Positions 47,597-62,195 are shown, counted from the stretch's first letter. The stretch: 64,000 nucleotides of DNA from Azolla caroliniana (GCA_043228905.1 JBHGNT010000011.1:13330001-13394000); one strand, 5' to 3'. The notes: generated by a model from the letters alone, not told the origin. Translations and numbers: made by a program.

Positions 47597-50500
47597 TTAC
47601 ACATCCGTAGGTCCCTTCGGACCCTGACCGTTTTCCTTACGGGTTGCCGTCTCTTCCTTCGTCTCTACTACGGGTTCCCCGTCGTCTTTTTCTTCCGGAT
47701 CGATCCGTACCGATCCCGGGCAGGTTCCTGATGTAGTGCCGGTGAGCTGCATAAACGGGTTCTTTGGCATCGGTCCTTTATAGGGCTTTAGTCGAAATCC
47801 ATTCACCCACTTGCCTAGTACTTCCCCGGCAAGTGTCCCTATCTGATAGGACCCGTTGTATTCCCGTGTCAGCCAATACGGGCCTGTCCATCTGAACCGG
47901 AGTTTACCCGGCATCTTGCCCATCCTCGTTTGGAATACTAGCACCGGCTTTCCGATTTCGAACATCTTCTCATTACCTTTCCGGTGACGGTCAACGAACG
48001 CTTTCCGTCGTCGTTGCTCCAGTTCCATGTGTAGGATGCTGGCCAGCCGTTGCTCCTCCAGTTCGCATAGTGCTGCTAGCCGCATTTCCTCCGACTTCTT
48101 TTCATTCAGCCGTTCCCGTAGTTGGATCCGTAAGCTTGGTACCTGAAACTCGACCGGCATGACCGCTTCTAAGCCGAATGCTAGCCGGAACGGCGTTGTC
48201 CGGATACTTGTTTTGTATGCCGTTCGGTACGCCCATAGCGCACTATGGAGCTTTGTGTCCCAGTCCGTCCGGTTTTCATTGACAATTTTGCGGAGAATGT
48301 TCTGCAGCGTTTTGTTGGTGGACTCTGCTAACCCGTTCGCCTGTGGGTAGTACGGTGTGCTTCTTTTATGGACCACGGCATAGAACGTTGTTAAGCTTTC
48401 CACTACCTGGCCGAGGAAGTGGCCTCCTTGGTCGCTGATTAATTCAATCGGACATCCATATCGGCACCAAATGTTTTCGTACAGGAATTTTGCTGTGGAT
48501 GACGCGGTGTTGTCTCTCAGGGCCTTTGCTTCCACCCATTTAGTGCAATAATCCGTTGCCACGATGACATAACGATTACCCGTTCTCATTGCCGGTGGCT
48601 TGAACGGTCCGACAAAATCCAACCCCCACTTCTGGAATGGCTCTAGTGGAAGTACCGGTTGGTGTGGCATCCGTGCTTGCTCCGTAGGCTGGCCCATTCG
48701 TTGGCATAGGTCACATTCCTTAGCATACTTGACGGCGTCTTTTAACGTCGTGGGCCACCATAAGCCGCTCTGCCATACTTTCCTCGCCGTCGCTTCCCCG
48801 GCATAGTGTCCTTCGGCAACCCCACAGTGTGCTTCCCGTAAGATTACTTCTTTCTCGTCACTACGGACTGCCCGTCGCCATATTCCATCTGCTCCTTTGT
48901 GGTAGAGAGTGTCCCGTAACAGACAGAAATTGCGGCTCTGCACCGCTAGTCGTTTCCTCTCGTCCCGGTTCATTTCTTCCGGTGGCAGGCCCGTGCTTAG
49001 GAACTGGTGCATGTTTGTCAGCCATTTATCTTCTGATGCCACCGTGTCGTCCGCTGCCGTTTCCGGGGTGATACGGAATAACTCCGCGTCCGGGAATTCA
49101 TCCGCTACTCCGTCGCCTGGTTCTCCGGACTCTAACCGGCTTAGATAGTCTGCTACGGCATGCTGGATACCGGGCCGGTGGAAAATCTCGAATTCGAACT
49201 CCTGCAACAGCAAGGTCCAACGGGCCAACTTACCGGTCAGGGACGCCTTGGAAACTAAGTAGAGGAGCGCCGAGTGATCCACATGGAAGGAGAACTTCCT
49301 TCCCAATAGGTAGTGACGAAACTTTGTTACACTGTAGATCATGCCCAGGGCCTCTCGTTCCGTCATTGAATAGTTCTTCTCCGCTTGGGATAGTTTCCGG
49401 CTGGCGTAATATACCGGCCGATACCATTTAGGCTCCGTAAGTTGCATTAAGGCGCTGCCAATAGCGATGTCGGACGCGTCCACGAACACGTGAAATTCCT
49501 TGCTCCAATCCGGAGGCTGCACGACAGGTGCTTGCGACAAAAGTACCTTCAGGGCATTGTATGCCTTATCCTCCGTCTCCGTCCATTGGAACGGTGTCCG
49601 ATGTACCACGGTGTGTAATGGTGTCGCCAAGTCCGCCAAGTGACGGAGCATCCGGCTGTGCCACCGGATTTGTCCTAAGAATCGGCTTAGTGCTTTGGCC
49701 GTTTTCGGCGCCGGTGCCCCTAGTATGGCGTTTACTTTGTCCGGGTCGACCGCAATGCCCTCCTTACTTTAAATGTGTCCCAGCAATATTCCACTTGAAA
49801 CTCCAAAGATGCATTTTGCTGGGTTTAAGCTTAGCCGGTATAACCTACACTTTTCAAGGCATAACCGTAGGTGCTGCAAATGGTCGTTTCCCCGGCTATA
49901 GACTGCAAAATCATCCAGGAAAACTTGCATGAAGGCAGGAATGTATTCGCCGAAGATCTCCATGATGATTCGCTGGAACGTTGCTGGTGCCGTTTTTAGG
50001 CCGAACATCATGACTTCGGCCACAAACACCCCCCATTCGGTGACGAACGCTGTCTTTTCCTGGTCGTCCGGGTGCATCCGGATTTGATTGTACCCGCTGA
50101 ACCCGTCTAAAAAGCTATAAACTTCATGACCGGCGACGGCATCCAGTACTCCGTCCGTGAACGGAAGAGGGAATGCATCCGTAATTGTGGCGGCATTTAG
50201 TTTCCTGTAATCAACACACACACGGATTTTACCGTTCTTCTTGGGGACGACGACGATGGGGCTCAGCCACGTCGCTTTCTTTACCGGCCGGATGAAGCCC
50301 ACTCTTAGGAGTTTGTCGATTTCCTCTTTTACTTTGGCGGCGTTGTTGGGGTTCATTCGGTATCGTCGTTGCGCCACTGGTTTCGCGTCCTTGCCTAAGT
50401 GGATCTGATGCTGATATAATTGAGGGTCCAGCCCTCGCATGTCTTCGTATGACCAGGCGAATACGTCGCGAAACTCCGTGAGAAGTTTGATCATCGCCGC

Positions 50501-53449
50501 TTTATCTTCCGGCTTCATTTCTTTGGCGATGTGTACCGGCTTTGATTCGTCTTTGCTTCCTAGGTTCACTTCGTCGAGCTGGGATGCTTTTACCCGTTGG
50601 GAAACGGCCATTTCCCGTTCCAACGCTTCCTGTGCTTGCCGTAATTCCCGAATCGCATCTTTGTTTGGTTCGGCTTCGGTGTCGTCCCGCTGCGGCAAGT
50701 ATGCGGCTACGGCTTCAGCTACGTCAATCTCGAAGAGTGGTACGATCTTCGGATGTTCCTCCAAGTACTGGGCTTCTTCGTCGTCTGCCAATCCTTCAAG
50801 CATGTTCACACATTCCGCATACAGCGGTGTGCATTCCTTACCGTTGCTCGTCCGTGGTTGTGTCGGTACCCGAACCTTGGCTTTTCCGCGTCGGAAGGTA
50901 ATCATATTTTTTCGCCAATTTTGCTTGATGTGTGCTGTTTTCAACCATGGTCTGCCCAGCAGCAGTGGGTACGCGCCTTGCGCCTGTAGCTGCAGCACTA
51001 CAGCCGAGATGTGAAATGTGTGGCCTCCTATGGTGACTTCCAATTTCCGTATTAAGCCCGTCGGCCGTACAGAGCTCGTATCCGCCATCCGTAGCCAGAA
51101 CGGACATGGCTCCCATTCATGTATACCCAAGGCATCACACGTGCGAAGGCTTATTACGTTCACTCCGGAACCTCCATCGATTACTGTGCCGGGAAGTTCG
51201 TGCCCTTTGACAATAGCTGTGATCACCGGACTACTAGTGTCCACCACCGTCGGTCCCTCCTCCGGATTCGAGAAAAGGACTGGTGCCGGTGGAGCTATAC
51301 CGTCTGTCATGACCGTTTTTAGTCCTTCTGTGAATCGCGGCACGAGCTGCAAGAGTCTTCCTAATGGTAACGTGATCTGACATTCTTGTAGTGCTTGCCA
51401 TGTCTCGTTTTCTGGGTGGCTACCGCCGGCACTCCCTATGGTCTTCGCCTTTTGCCGTTCCGCGTCCGCGACGTTTCTTTCATTGGCTTCCTTCACCCAT
51501 TCCGTCGCCTGTTTTCGTATGGCCTCTTGTGTTTCCCATTCTTTGGCCATGCCTTTCGACCGTGTGGTTACTTGCTGTAAATCCGCCACTTCCGGAACCA
51601 CCATATTAACTGCTGGTCGTTTCTCGTAGCTCTTTACCGGGCACTGGTTACTGTAGTGGCCTTCCTGCCTGCAGTAGTAGCAGTACTCTTTACGGGTATT
51701 GCTGGATTCAGCATTGCTGGTAGCCGGAGTCGGTCCCGTAGCGAGTGGTGCGTTCTGTGCCGGTTGGCTCCTTGGGGTTCCATGTTCCGGGTCCCTAGGG
51801 TGACCACCTTTCTTGAAATTACGTTTCTTATTATTCTTATGTTTATTTTGGTAGTCCGGTTGTGGTGGATCGTAAAATCGGCCGTAGTCCTCCTGGTGCC
51901 TTCGGTAACCAGGGGAATGGTCTCTGTCGTATTGCTCGTGTCGCCTGTTGGGCTCTCGATAACGGTCCGATCGCTCATACCGGTCGTAGTTATCACGCCG
52001 ATTCCCGTACCGGCTATCATTCTCTTGCCTGTCTCCGTACCGGACATCTTGTGCCGGTCGGTACCGGTTCATTTTTTGCCAACGATCTTCATCTTCGTCT
52101 TGGCTGCTTCTTGGCTCGATTCGTCGGACGGGTGGTGCTTGTCGGTTTAACAGGTTATACTCGCACCGGTCCGTTGTATGACTCTTGGATTGACAAATCA
52201 CACACTGAGTGCGCATGGTGCACTCTACTGCCGAGTGTCCGACATTCAAGCAGATTGTGCATTGAATTGCCTGCCGGAACCGGAGATCTTCCTCGGTGGG
52301 TAACGCCCGTTGCAGTGTTCCCAGCATAAGCCATGAGCTTGTGTTTTCCATTTCTCTGACCCGGTCAATGACCTGATCGATGGTGCATCCTCGAAAGTCG
52401 ATCACCGTACACACCGTGCGTAACGGTTCCCGGAGTGCGTTTAAAAATATCGTCCGTAATTCCTCCTCCGGGTGTGCACGGGCAAGCTGGCTATGCATTC
52501 GTTGGAAACGGATGACGAATTGGGGAATGCTTTCCCCTGCCTCCTGCCGGATCGTATAAAACAAGCCCACCATTGTCGTCTGGTCGACCTCCTTGTGGAA
52601 AAAATGCAAGAATTTTGCTTTTAATTCTGCAAATGTTGTGATGGTCGCCGGGTCCTGCGACCGCCGCCATCGTGTCGCTGGTCCCTCCAACGTGACTCCG
52701 AATTCCGCTATCTTCGAGCGTTCTTCTTCCTCCGGTGTCATTCGCTGGGACGTGTGATTTGCTTCCCATGTCTGCTCGAAGTCATCCACATGCGCTTCCG
52801 CATCCGGATCATCGCGGTACTTTGAGTATTGGAACGGCATGTCGTCGTCCAGTATTAAGCCGCGGTTTAGTGGCGTTTGTTGATATTTTTCCGGTTCTTT
52901 CTCCGGTTCCACTTCCGGTTCTTCTGCCGGTCCTTTTTCCGGTTCTTTTTCCGGTACCTTTGCCGGCTCTTTCGTTGGTGTTGGTGGCTTTGCTTCTTCC
53001 ACTTCCGGTGTTGGTGGGTTGACGGCTTCCGTTTGCGGTTCCGGATAGCCCTGGTTGAGCGGTTCCGGTTCTGGAGTCGGCACGGTATCCGACCCGTCGT
53101 CTTCCGGGCCGCCGGGGGTATCGTTGTTGCTCCGGTAGTTCGTGTGCACGCTGTATCCCCCTTCGGAATCCGATTCGTAGGCTGAAAAGGCTTCTGCCTC
53201 GTTTACTCCGCTTGCCAGCGCCTCCAGGAGTCGTTCGGTTTCCCGGAGACTACTTAGACTGCTTCCGTCGTCCTGGTCGCGAGTTTGCCGTAACCGGAGA
53301 GATTCCTCCGCGACTCTCCGGATCTCGTTGGAGAACGAACGATCCGAGCGAATTTCCTGCGCTGCTTGCTGGAAAGTCTCACGCCGTCTTTGCCGTTCGG
53401 CGAGGCGTCGAGCTCGGTCTGTAACCAAGTCGTGCGTTGGTCTAGTCAT
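47597..53449 (-). CDS. G4 gag-pol single frame with one in-frame TAA (49771-49769)
   Basis: Three Cys/His knuckles, IDGGSGVN protease, FLDDF RT, FVDASD RNase H, YYPQANGLAE integrase, WTGPY; both ORF halves share a frame. Confidence 0.93.
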
Positions 53450-53484
53450 CCATTACCGTCGTTCGCTGCGAGAAAGCAGGAATC

Positions 53485-53494
53485 GTGGTCGCCA
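53485..53494 (-). promoter_or_regulatory. G4 primer-binding site (probably tRNA-Arg)
   Basis: TGGCGACCAC 6 nt inside the 5' LTR; complements a ..GTGGTCGCCA tRNA end. Confidence 0.7.
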
Positions 53495-56400
53495 AAACTG
53501 TGTTATTCTCTTAGCCGGACAAGGCCTAACACAAGGTGTCACGGAGACACTTCACCAAAGGGTGATTACGGCATAGGATTAAGATTCAACGATTACACCG
53601 ACTTACGTAGGTTACACGATTAGATTGCTTTGGTTAATTACACGCGTAAGATATAACAGTGATTACAGAACGGAAATCAAGACAGAAGTATAAACAACAT
53701 AAGCTCTACTAATTATCCGCTGTCATTACAATAGGGTCCGGCCTTTAAATAGGTTTCCGGCCCGTAGTACAAAACGGTGCCTCTCGCACCTATTCGGGAT
53801 CCGTCCGGATCTGGAACGTCATACCGTTTCCAGTCCGTCCGTCCACACTTTGCTCATTTACAACCATATCTAATTAATTCCTTCACTCCGTATTTTGGAC
53901 TCCTTGCCGGCCGGTAACAATCGGCTGAATAAGCCTGAGCCGGCAAGCGAGACGGATTGGTAAGCTGTGAGCAACCGAGCCGGCAAGCAACAAAGCCGGT
54001 GAGCTGGGGAGCCGGTTTGCCGGATCCAATCAGTAACCAGAAGTCTAGTACTACTGTAGACTACTAGGCAATTATAGTCTCGTAGTAAGTGTCAGATGCT
54101 CGTGTGAGTAATGAAGTACGCGGTACTTCTGTTAGTCCCACAAGGACTTGTATAAATAATGCTACTGAGCATAGTTGTAAGTACAGAGTGTTTTTTTATC
54201 GTTTTTGAATATAACCTTGAAGTTCTGCTCTCTCTCTGTCTCTCCCGTGTACTTTGTGTATTCCCTACCTTCTCTATTTTCTAACGCTTCTAACGCTTCC
54301 ACAAGTAATCATTTACAGCAAACATGTCGCGGAATGCTGGTATTATGGCAAGAAAGGCCACAAGGAGAGCGAGTGCTGGAAGAAGCGCGCCGATTCAGAG
54401 AAAACCAGATCCGGATCGGGACACACCGAACAAGGAAATCGACAGCGGACGCATTACGCCGAAGGATCCGAAAAAATTGGAAAGGGGGCAACCTTTGTGA
54501 CAAGACACAAAATGAACTCAATGAAGAAGACCACCTCAAAATCGAATGAAGTGTGGTACGTTGACTCCGGAGCGTCAAACCATATGATGAACCATAAAGA
54601 GTGGTTCTCATATCTGGAAAAACCGGAACAACCGGGAGTAGTCGCAATAGGAGACGACACTCTACATCTGATCATACATGTCGGTGAAGTTCCCCTCAAC
54701 CACATCGGCAAAAAGGGAAGCTAATGAACGTGTTACACGTCCTGACAATTACGAAGAATATGGTGTCGGTCAGACAAATCGTCGACCAGGGGATGCAAGT
54801 TCGGTTCATGCATCTCGGGTGCTTCATTGAGAAAGAAGGCCAAGTTATTGCACAAGGGCGCAGAGATGGGAGGATGTTTATCCTCGACACCAATGACATT
54901 GGCACCGCAATGTTCACAAAAGGACAAAAAGTTGAGTCGGATATCGACTTGTGGCACAAGCGGATACGCCACGTCAACTATCAAAGACTTCAGGATTTGC
55001 AATTGAAACAAGTTGTGTTCGGATTGCCCAAATTCAGTGGTCGGAAGGCCCAAATTTATGAAGCCTACCAGCTAGGGAAGCAACACCGACTTCCTTTCTC
55101 CAACGAGCGTAACCGGAACCAAAACAAGCTCGTCTTGATACATTCAGATGTATGGGGGCTGGCACAGAATGTTAGTCTTGGTAGGAGTCGATATTTTGTC
55201 TCCTTCATTGACGACTACACGTGGCACACGTGGATCTATCTCATTGAAAGATGAGTGAAGTCTTCGACTGTTTCCGGGACCTCAAAAGCTTCGTAGAAAG
55301 GGAAACAGGGAGAGAGATCAAGTGCCTGCGGTCGGATGGCAGAAAAGAGTACTTTTCTAGCCAATTCAACAGTTATCTAGAACAAATGGGAATTCAACGC
55401 GAATTCAGTTGTAGGTATACGTCGGAGCAAAACGGCGTAGCTGAAAGAAAAATCGGTCGGTTGTGGAAGCGGCGTGGGCAATGCTGGATGAAAAGAGCTT
55501 GCCCAAGTTCTATTAGGCCGAAGGGGTACGAACCGCGGTCTACATCCAAAATCGGATCGGAGACAAAGTGTCGGCGCATGAGCTTTATTTCAGAAGAAAA
55601 CCGAATCTACGACACTTGAGAGTTTTCGGTAACATTGCATATGTGCATGTGCCGAAGGAGAAACAGAGGAAGTTGGACGTGAAAGGTGAGAAGTGTATCT
55701 TGGTCGGCTATTCCAACGAACAGAAGGGTTATAAGTGTTATAACCCCCGAACCAAACAAGCTCGCGTGAGCCGCAATGTTGGGTTTGACCAGTTTGCATC
55801 CTAGTACTTGCCTCTGACTCCGGACTTCAACTCCAACTCCGGATCTCCAGACCCGAGTTCTGACAATGAGGTCAGCGAGGCTGAAATGCCTCTGGATGAC
55901 CACGAAATCATGACCCTCGATGAGAGTCCTATTTCATTTCAGCTAAGTGGACCGAACAAGTGACTGGGTTGGTTTGACCAGTCCGAAGAAGAGCCGACAA
56001 GTAGTGGAGACTCGGTCGTGCATTCCCCGCGCAGGAAGCGGAGGAGACGGTTTACGCGCAAGGAAAAAGGGAAGAAGAAGATGCCGGAGTACGTCACGGA
56101 TCACGGCGAGTCGGATCGACATGAATCCGACTCCGAGAAGAGCGATGACGGACCTTCGAGAGCGAAGTTCGCGTCAGCCAAGAAAGCCTCAACATCGGCT
56201 AATGAGCAGTTACGCCGATCTACCCACCAGAAGAACCCTGTTGTGCGGTTCGGATACAAAGAGTACATGGCGCATCACTATGCGTACATGACGCGTGTCA
56301 CGGAAGTGCAAATTGGCGCGCCGCAATGGAGGAAGAGATGCTTATTAGCGGAGAATGAAACTTGGGACCTAGTTGACGCACCGAAGGGTGTGAATCCGAT

Positions 56401-58103
56401 CGGATGTAGGTGGGTGTACAAGGTCAAGTACAACACCGACGGCTTGGTCAACCGATACAAGGCCCGGTTAGTAGCGAAAGGCAACGTGCCAAAGCATGGC
56501 GTGAACTACGACGAGACCTTTGCGCCTGTTGCGAAGATGACTACCGTGTGTGTTCTGCTAGCCGTACCAACGACGAAGGGGTGGCATTTACATCAAATGG
56601 ATGTCAAGAATGCGTTCCTGCAAGGTAAGCTTGAGGAACAGGTGTACATGGTACAACCCCCTAGATTTCTCTCCGGAATGAACACTTTGGCGGTCTACCC
56701 GTTGAAGAAGTTCCTTTATGGACTAAAGCAAGCCCCACGTGCTTGGAACGCGAAAATCACGCAGCAATTGCGTCGGATGGGATTTGCGACGTCCACATCC
56801 GTCTCTTCACTGTTGATTCAGCAAGGTCGACTTGGGCCGATTAGTATTTTACTTTGTGTTGATGACTTGGTCATCACCGGCGCCGACCTAGGTGAAATTG
56901 ACCGCGTAAAGCTCCAGCTCGCGGGCATCATTTCACATGGAGGACCTGGGGGACCTTCATTACTTCCTCGGGATCAAAGTGATCCGTACCCCCGAAGGCA
57001 TATTGATCAGCCAACAACATTACGTGTTGGGTATGCTCTTCAAGTTCGGGATGGAAGATTGTAAGTCCGTCTCAACTCCTCTGGATAGAACTGTCAAGCT
57101 GCGCCCCGACTCCGGAAAGGTTTGCGACCCAAAGAGGTTCCGACAAATTGTTGGAAGCCTCATCTACTTGACTATCACTCAACCAGACCTCAATTACCCG
57201 GTCGGTGTGATTAGTTAGTTCATGGCATGGCCAACCGAGGAGCACCTTCAGTGCGCACAACGCATACTCCAGTATGTTAGTTGCACTAAGGATCGGGGGC
57301 TACTATATCGGACCGATATTGTCGTGCAGTTAGTTGGTTACACCGATGCTGATTGGGCCGGAAACGTCGGCAATCGCCGATCAACATCCGGATTCGCGTT
57401 CTCTCTTGGGAGTGCTACGATCGCGTGGAGTAGCAAGAAGCAGCCGACAATTGCACTGTCGAGCACCGAAGCCAAGTATAGAGGCGCGGTTGTCGCAACA
57501 TGCGAAGCCATCTGGCTGAAACGGCTACTTAAGGATCTGCGGGTGGAGGTATCCGATCCGACAATGATCTAGTGCGACAACCTCAGCAACACCCAGTTAG
57601 CGAAGAACCTTGTCTTCCACGCTCAGACTAAGCACATTCTGGTGCACTACCACTTTGTACGCGAGTGTGTCCTCTCCGGCGAAGTCGAACTTTAGTTTGT
57701 TCTGACGGATTGGCAGACTGCCGACATTTTCACCAAGCCCCTTGGTCTCGACAAGTTGTGGCAATTCTCGGGTCCGCTTGGGTTGCGACACCTCGATGTG
57801 CCGAACTTGAGGGGGAGAGAAGTCCCTGAAGACCATGGAAGGGAGCAAGAAAGGAGCAGAAGAGACCATGACGTCGAGTCGGATGATGAATTCGATTTCG
57901 GGTAGACTGAAGAAGCCAAGGGCGGATCCGCGAAAGAGTTTGAAAGCGGACGTGAGGGCAACAGTCGAATGAAGGAGCCGAAGCCAGCCAAGCGTGGGGG
58001 AGATGAAGCCAACTCAAATGAGAGCGAAAACCGATTGGAGGAAGTTGTTGCCGATTAGGAACACGGTTCGCGGTCAATCCTTTGACCTAGACCTCCAAGT
58101 GGG

Positions 58104-61100
58104 TGTGGAACAACGAATAGGCGTCTAAGCGTAATGCGTAGGGGAATGTTCCCTGTAACCTATTAGCGTATAAGGGAGACGGCTACAACCGAATCCTTAG
58201 CAAGGGTTACACTTACGTTCTTACACGCTCAGGTATTCAAGACACACAATGGATTAGCCGTAGTTATACACAGAAAATTAGAGAAGATAGAATTCTATTA
58301 TGAGATGTTTCTTTACATTCCCAAAATTACACGCTCCCTCTATCAGAGGTTTTCTGCCTTTTATATACACAGGGTCTATCTAGCCATTCACGCTTCCTGC
58401 GTGAACCGTTACATGTGTTATGATCTTATATTATTTCTTATTCCTACGCTCTTGTCCGTCGGTTACGATTTCAACGAACAACACCTAGCACGCCTGTGGG
58501 ACAGTGCCCTGGCACGTCGGACCCATCCCGTTAACCCTCTTCCAAAATGGCCCGGATGTTTGGCTCTGTTGCGACGTCCGCGTCCGGAGGGGACGTAGGG
58601 CCTGTAGGTGCATCGTGGTGCAGCTCTCTTATTTGGTCGGACTGATTTCTTCCGGTGTCGTAGTCGTCGTGTGTGGGCGGTCCGGGTATAGTGGGCTCTT
58701 CTTGAGCTAGTGGGTTGGGCTCCGCCGTCGTCGTGCTTGCAGTCGGCTGCGGTTCTGTCTCAATCGTTACTTCCTCCGTGGTGTCGTCCGTCTTTGTACG
58801 TACCAGGGAGTGGGGCAGCGATTCCACCTAGCCCGCACCGTTCTCCGTGTGGTCCAATGATAGCGTGGGTTCGTGCGGATGAACCTCCTCTTGGGCAGTG
58901 GTTTCGTTGTCTGGTACTGTGGGGGACTCCGCTCGTCGGTCCGCGCTGTTCACCGTCGTAATTTCTGGTGATCGGGCCTGAGCTTCCTCTTCTTCGGCCG
59001 TGCTCGGAATTGGCATCGCGCTGGATTCCTCGTTTGTTCATGTGTTGCCGGCTTGTGTGATCTAGTGAAATAGCTCCAGGACCTCCTGGCTTTCACCAAA
59101 ATCATCTAAGAGCTGCGCGAGTTCTTCGGAGTGTTGGTCCGCTAGCGCACGATAGTCTTGTGCTAGGTCCTCTCGTACGGCCGCAATGCTCTCCTCATTT
59201 AGTTTATAGAACCCTCGTTTGTCTTTTCACCGGTTCTCCCAATCCGAACAATACGCGTGCAATTCCGCTGCTTGGGTCCACCAGCTGCTCGTCAAACCAT
59301 ACCTTCTTTTTCTCTAACAAGGCCCGGAGTCCCGCGATTGACGCCTCCAATTTCTTCGCGTCCTCCCGTAATTGGGCATTTTCATCTTTTGTCCGGATGT
59401 GCTAAGCTACCTTCGTAGCAAGTTTCTCTTCAAGGGTTTTTACTACGTTCCGGCCGTTAGCCCGTATCTCCTTTTCTCTGTCTGAGGATTGGCGTAGTTT
59501 AGCTCGAAGGCGGTCAATTTCTGATTCCGCTAGTTGCACGGTCCTTTTCGCTTTTGAGGTGATGGCAGTCTGAGCCTCAATTTCTTCCTTTAAAGCGTCG
59601 ATGGCGTGGTTTGGTGGCGGAACTACGTGTTGCGCCGTAGTCGCGTTAACTTCCAACTCCACAATGCGTTCATTGGATTTTTCCAGTTTGTCTTGGGTCA
59701 GTTTCACCTTCTTCCAGACATTCCTATTTTTAATGGCCATCTCCTTGGCGCCCATGCTGACCTTTGCCAGTTCCCTATGGACTTCGACTATGTCCGTGTT
59801 TAATGGGGGTATCTCCATCCCCACTCGGCGTACCCCGACGTTCCTCTGTCTGCCGACCCTGGCTAACCGGTCCTCATCGTCGCTCTCCGCCGTTTGTGTT
59901 AGGGCACGCTCGATCATCTGGCGTTCCACGTGCTCTTTGGCCATTCGTTGGGAGGCTTTGAACTGTTGTGTTTGTAGGAATTCCATGAGCTCGAAAGAAG
60001 TTCCGAACTATAAGAGGGCGTTGAATTCATGGGCTGTATCCAGGATATCCGGATATGCAAAAACCTCGCTTTCCGCCGTCAATACGGCTTTCCCTCGTTG
60101 GGACTGGGTCGTAATGATAGGCCGTGGCTCCCAGATGATTTCAAAGGTGGTATTGAGTTCCGTAGTTGCGGAGCCATCGCCTTCGGTTGGTGTCTCTATC
60201 GTCGTGGGGACATCTTTCACCAACCCCCGCCCATCTTTCCTGTCCAATCTACATCGTTTCGGTCTGGGGCTATCCTACCGTGTTTTGGTGTCTGGCTCTG
60301 GGGCTACTTCCACGGTATGTGCCGGTTGTTCCTCCTGTGTTATCCGTGTGTCTAGCTGGTCGGTAGTTGTTGTCCGCGGGTCTGGCTGGGTGGGTTGGGG
60401 TTCCTCTTCCCACTCTAGGGCCGCTAACTCCGCTAACCTGTGTTTCGTGGATCGGGGCGGGGGCGTGGGTCGGCTGGGCTGTAGTGCCGACAGGCCTCGG
60501 GGTGGAAATAGTACCGTAAGGTATTGTTGTATGATCGGCCTGAGCTTTTTGCCTGCCTGATACGCGTGTAGGACTTATGATGACCCCCCAATTGACCGCA
60601 TGCCCTTCAAAGGTATCGATAATGATGCTCGCCTTCTGCTTGGGCATCCCATATGCGTTGACATGTACGCAGCTGACTTCTAGCAGGAACTTGGCAACTT
60701 CACGGAAGAAGGGATCCAGAATCTGCTTCATTCTATAGGCCTTGGCAGAGGAGGAATATGGCCCGAAATATCGTTGCAGCGCCTCAGCAGGAGGGATTTC
60801 GAAATGCCTTTCGCCTAGCGATGACAGGTCCAACTTCTACCGGATGGAGGACTTGGTGACCGTGTCGATGTTCAGCTTCCTGGTGATGTCCATGGCATCC
60901 GGCTGTGGGCGTGCTTCTGCGACCCAGATGTACCCATCTAGGCATTTCTCCACGAGCCATCGGCGTAAGGCAGAAGAGATTAAGATCGTCATCGCCAGAG
61001 GAGGTTTGTGGGAAGGAGACTGGTGGTTGTGGTGGGCTGAAGCTCTGTGATAGGATGGAGGAGAAGGTGAGGGGGAGGAGTGATGGGAGCGTTGATAGCT

Positions 61101-61378
61101 AGAAGATGGGTTTCTGTTTTGTGCACAAAATCTTCTATTTCCTTCCTTTTGTGGCTTAGGGTTCATTGGGCGGTGAGCCATCGTGGTGCCGCGTGTTCTT
61201 GAACTAGGAGTTTGTGCATGCCTTTAGTTGTTTTAATAGTCTCTATCTTCTCCTTTTGTTTTCTTTTTTTCTTTTTTCTTTTTTTCGTAACAATTATCTA
61301 CAACCTATTTTTACATTATGGTACAAGTGGAGCCGCTCATTTACGGTGTGGGTTCTTCGGCTTTGTCCTGTTCGGCGG
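58104..61378 (-). mobile_element. 3' part of degenerate Gypsy G5 (same lineage as G4): 3' LTR ~58104-58483, decayed ORF3, pol tail
   Basis: tRNA-like pre-LTR motif at 58484-58526; ORF3 homology in 60270-61181 and coiled coil 59402-59986; left LTR boundary approximate. Confidence 0.8.
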
Positions 61379-62151
61379 TGTCGTGAAGAAAACCGTCCAT
61401 AGGCGGAATCGGCGCACCAAGGCGTGGGAACCGGTTCTTCACGCGCGCACGCTCCAAGTTGTACATAGAAGCGAATCGGGAGGATAATCGGCAGGAACGG
61501 GCCCTAACTCAAGTGGAGACAAAGACCGCGCGAACAGTCTTTTCGGTCGCGCGCGCGAACTGTACGAGTCGGCGGCGTAACTACGCGGATGCGTGGAAAA
61601 CGGAGCGGATCCCTGTCCAAAAGAGACAGGGAATAAAGCTGACAGGACGGCCTGCTCGACGGCCTATATAAGGAGCGGGAAAGAGCTGTGGCAGGGGGAT
61701 CGGGGGACGGAGAGGACGAAGTGCTGTCGGACCGTTTCTGGACGCTTCTCTCTCTCTGTTTCCTTCCTTCTGGAGCTCCATAGCTTTCTGTGCAGGGTTC
61801 CGAGGAGGCTCGCGCTGTTTCGAGGAACGCCCGAGTGCTTCCGGCAGCCCCTTTGTGCGTCGAAGTGAACAGGCATCGGCATCTGTTCGCCGGCCTGTTC
61901 GGTTGTAACCAACCTGTGCCCCGTCGAGGGTTGTAGTCGTGATTAGCCATTTTCTTAATATACATATTAAGTCATTCACATCTGTCTGTGTTGGTCTCTG
62001 TCCGCGTTCTCCGTGCTGAAGGGTCGTGTCCCTGTGTATCCCCGGTCCTGCGTAGCCGGTTCTCTCTCTTTCTCCTCCCTCGCTTGCTCTTTGGTTCGAG
62101 ACCCCCGCGGTCCCGCCTCGATTCCACACGCACTTGCTTAATATCACGACA
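61379..62151 (+). repeat. 5' LTR of Gypsy G6
   Basis: Perfect 8-bp inverted termini TGTCGTGA..TCACGACA; TATATAA near 61666; PBS follows. Confidence 0.88.
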
Positions 62152-62155
62152 TATT

Positions 62156-62172
62156 TGGTGAACCCGACGTGA
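62156..62172 (+). promoter_or_regulatory. G6 primer-binding site (tRNA-Trp)
   Basis: TGGTGAACCCGACGTGA complements the plant cytosolic tRNA-Trp 3' end ..TCACGTCGGGTTCACCA. Confidence 0.85.
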
Positions 62173-62195
62173 AGGAGGCGGCAGAAGAGCAGAAG

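Larger units (their letters stand above)
44046..53919 (-). mobile_element. Near-intact non-chromoviral Gypsy (G4) with a large extra ORF, inserted in the C3 3' LTR
   Basis: 419-bp LTRs 44046-44464 and 53501-53919 with one mismatch seen; TSD ATCGG. Confidence 0.97.
32893..54317 (+). mobile_element. Degenerate Ty1/Copia (C3), related to and nested in C2
   Basis: 5' LTR 32893-33319, PBS TGGTATCAAAGC, PPT 44000-44011, 3' LTR 44012-44045 + 53920-54317; TSD GGAAA / GCAAA (1 mismatch); pol at 34324-36269 and 42047-43610. Confidence 0.92.
31604..58100 (+). mobile_element. Degenerate Ty1/Copia (C2): 5' LTR 31604-32029, PBS 32030-32041, gag 32119-32892, resumes 54323-~58100; 3' LTR not in window
   Basis: TGTTGAG..CACA followed by TGGTATCAGAGC. 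Gag rejoins across C3 as QGK/HVAECWYYGKKGHKESECW; YVDSGASNH, integrase, RT and RNase H remnants at 54254-57800. Confidence 0.9.

Noticed and set aside
49769-49771. Programmed readthrough stop in G4
   Set aside because: The TAA falls inside the conserved RT motif LLGHIVS rather than at a gag/pol boundary, so it is most likely a mutation or base-call error.
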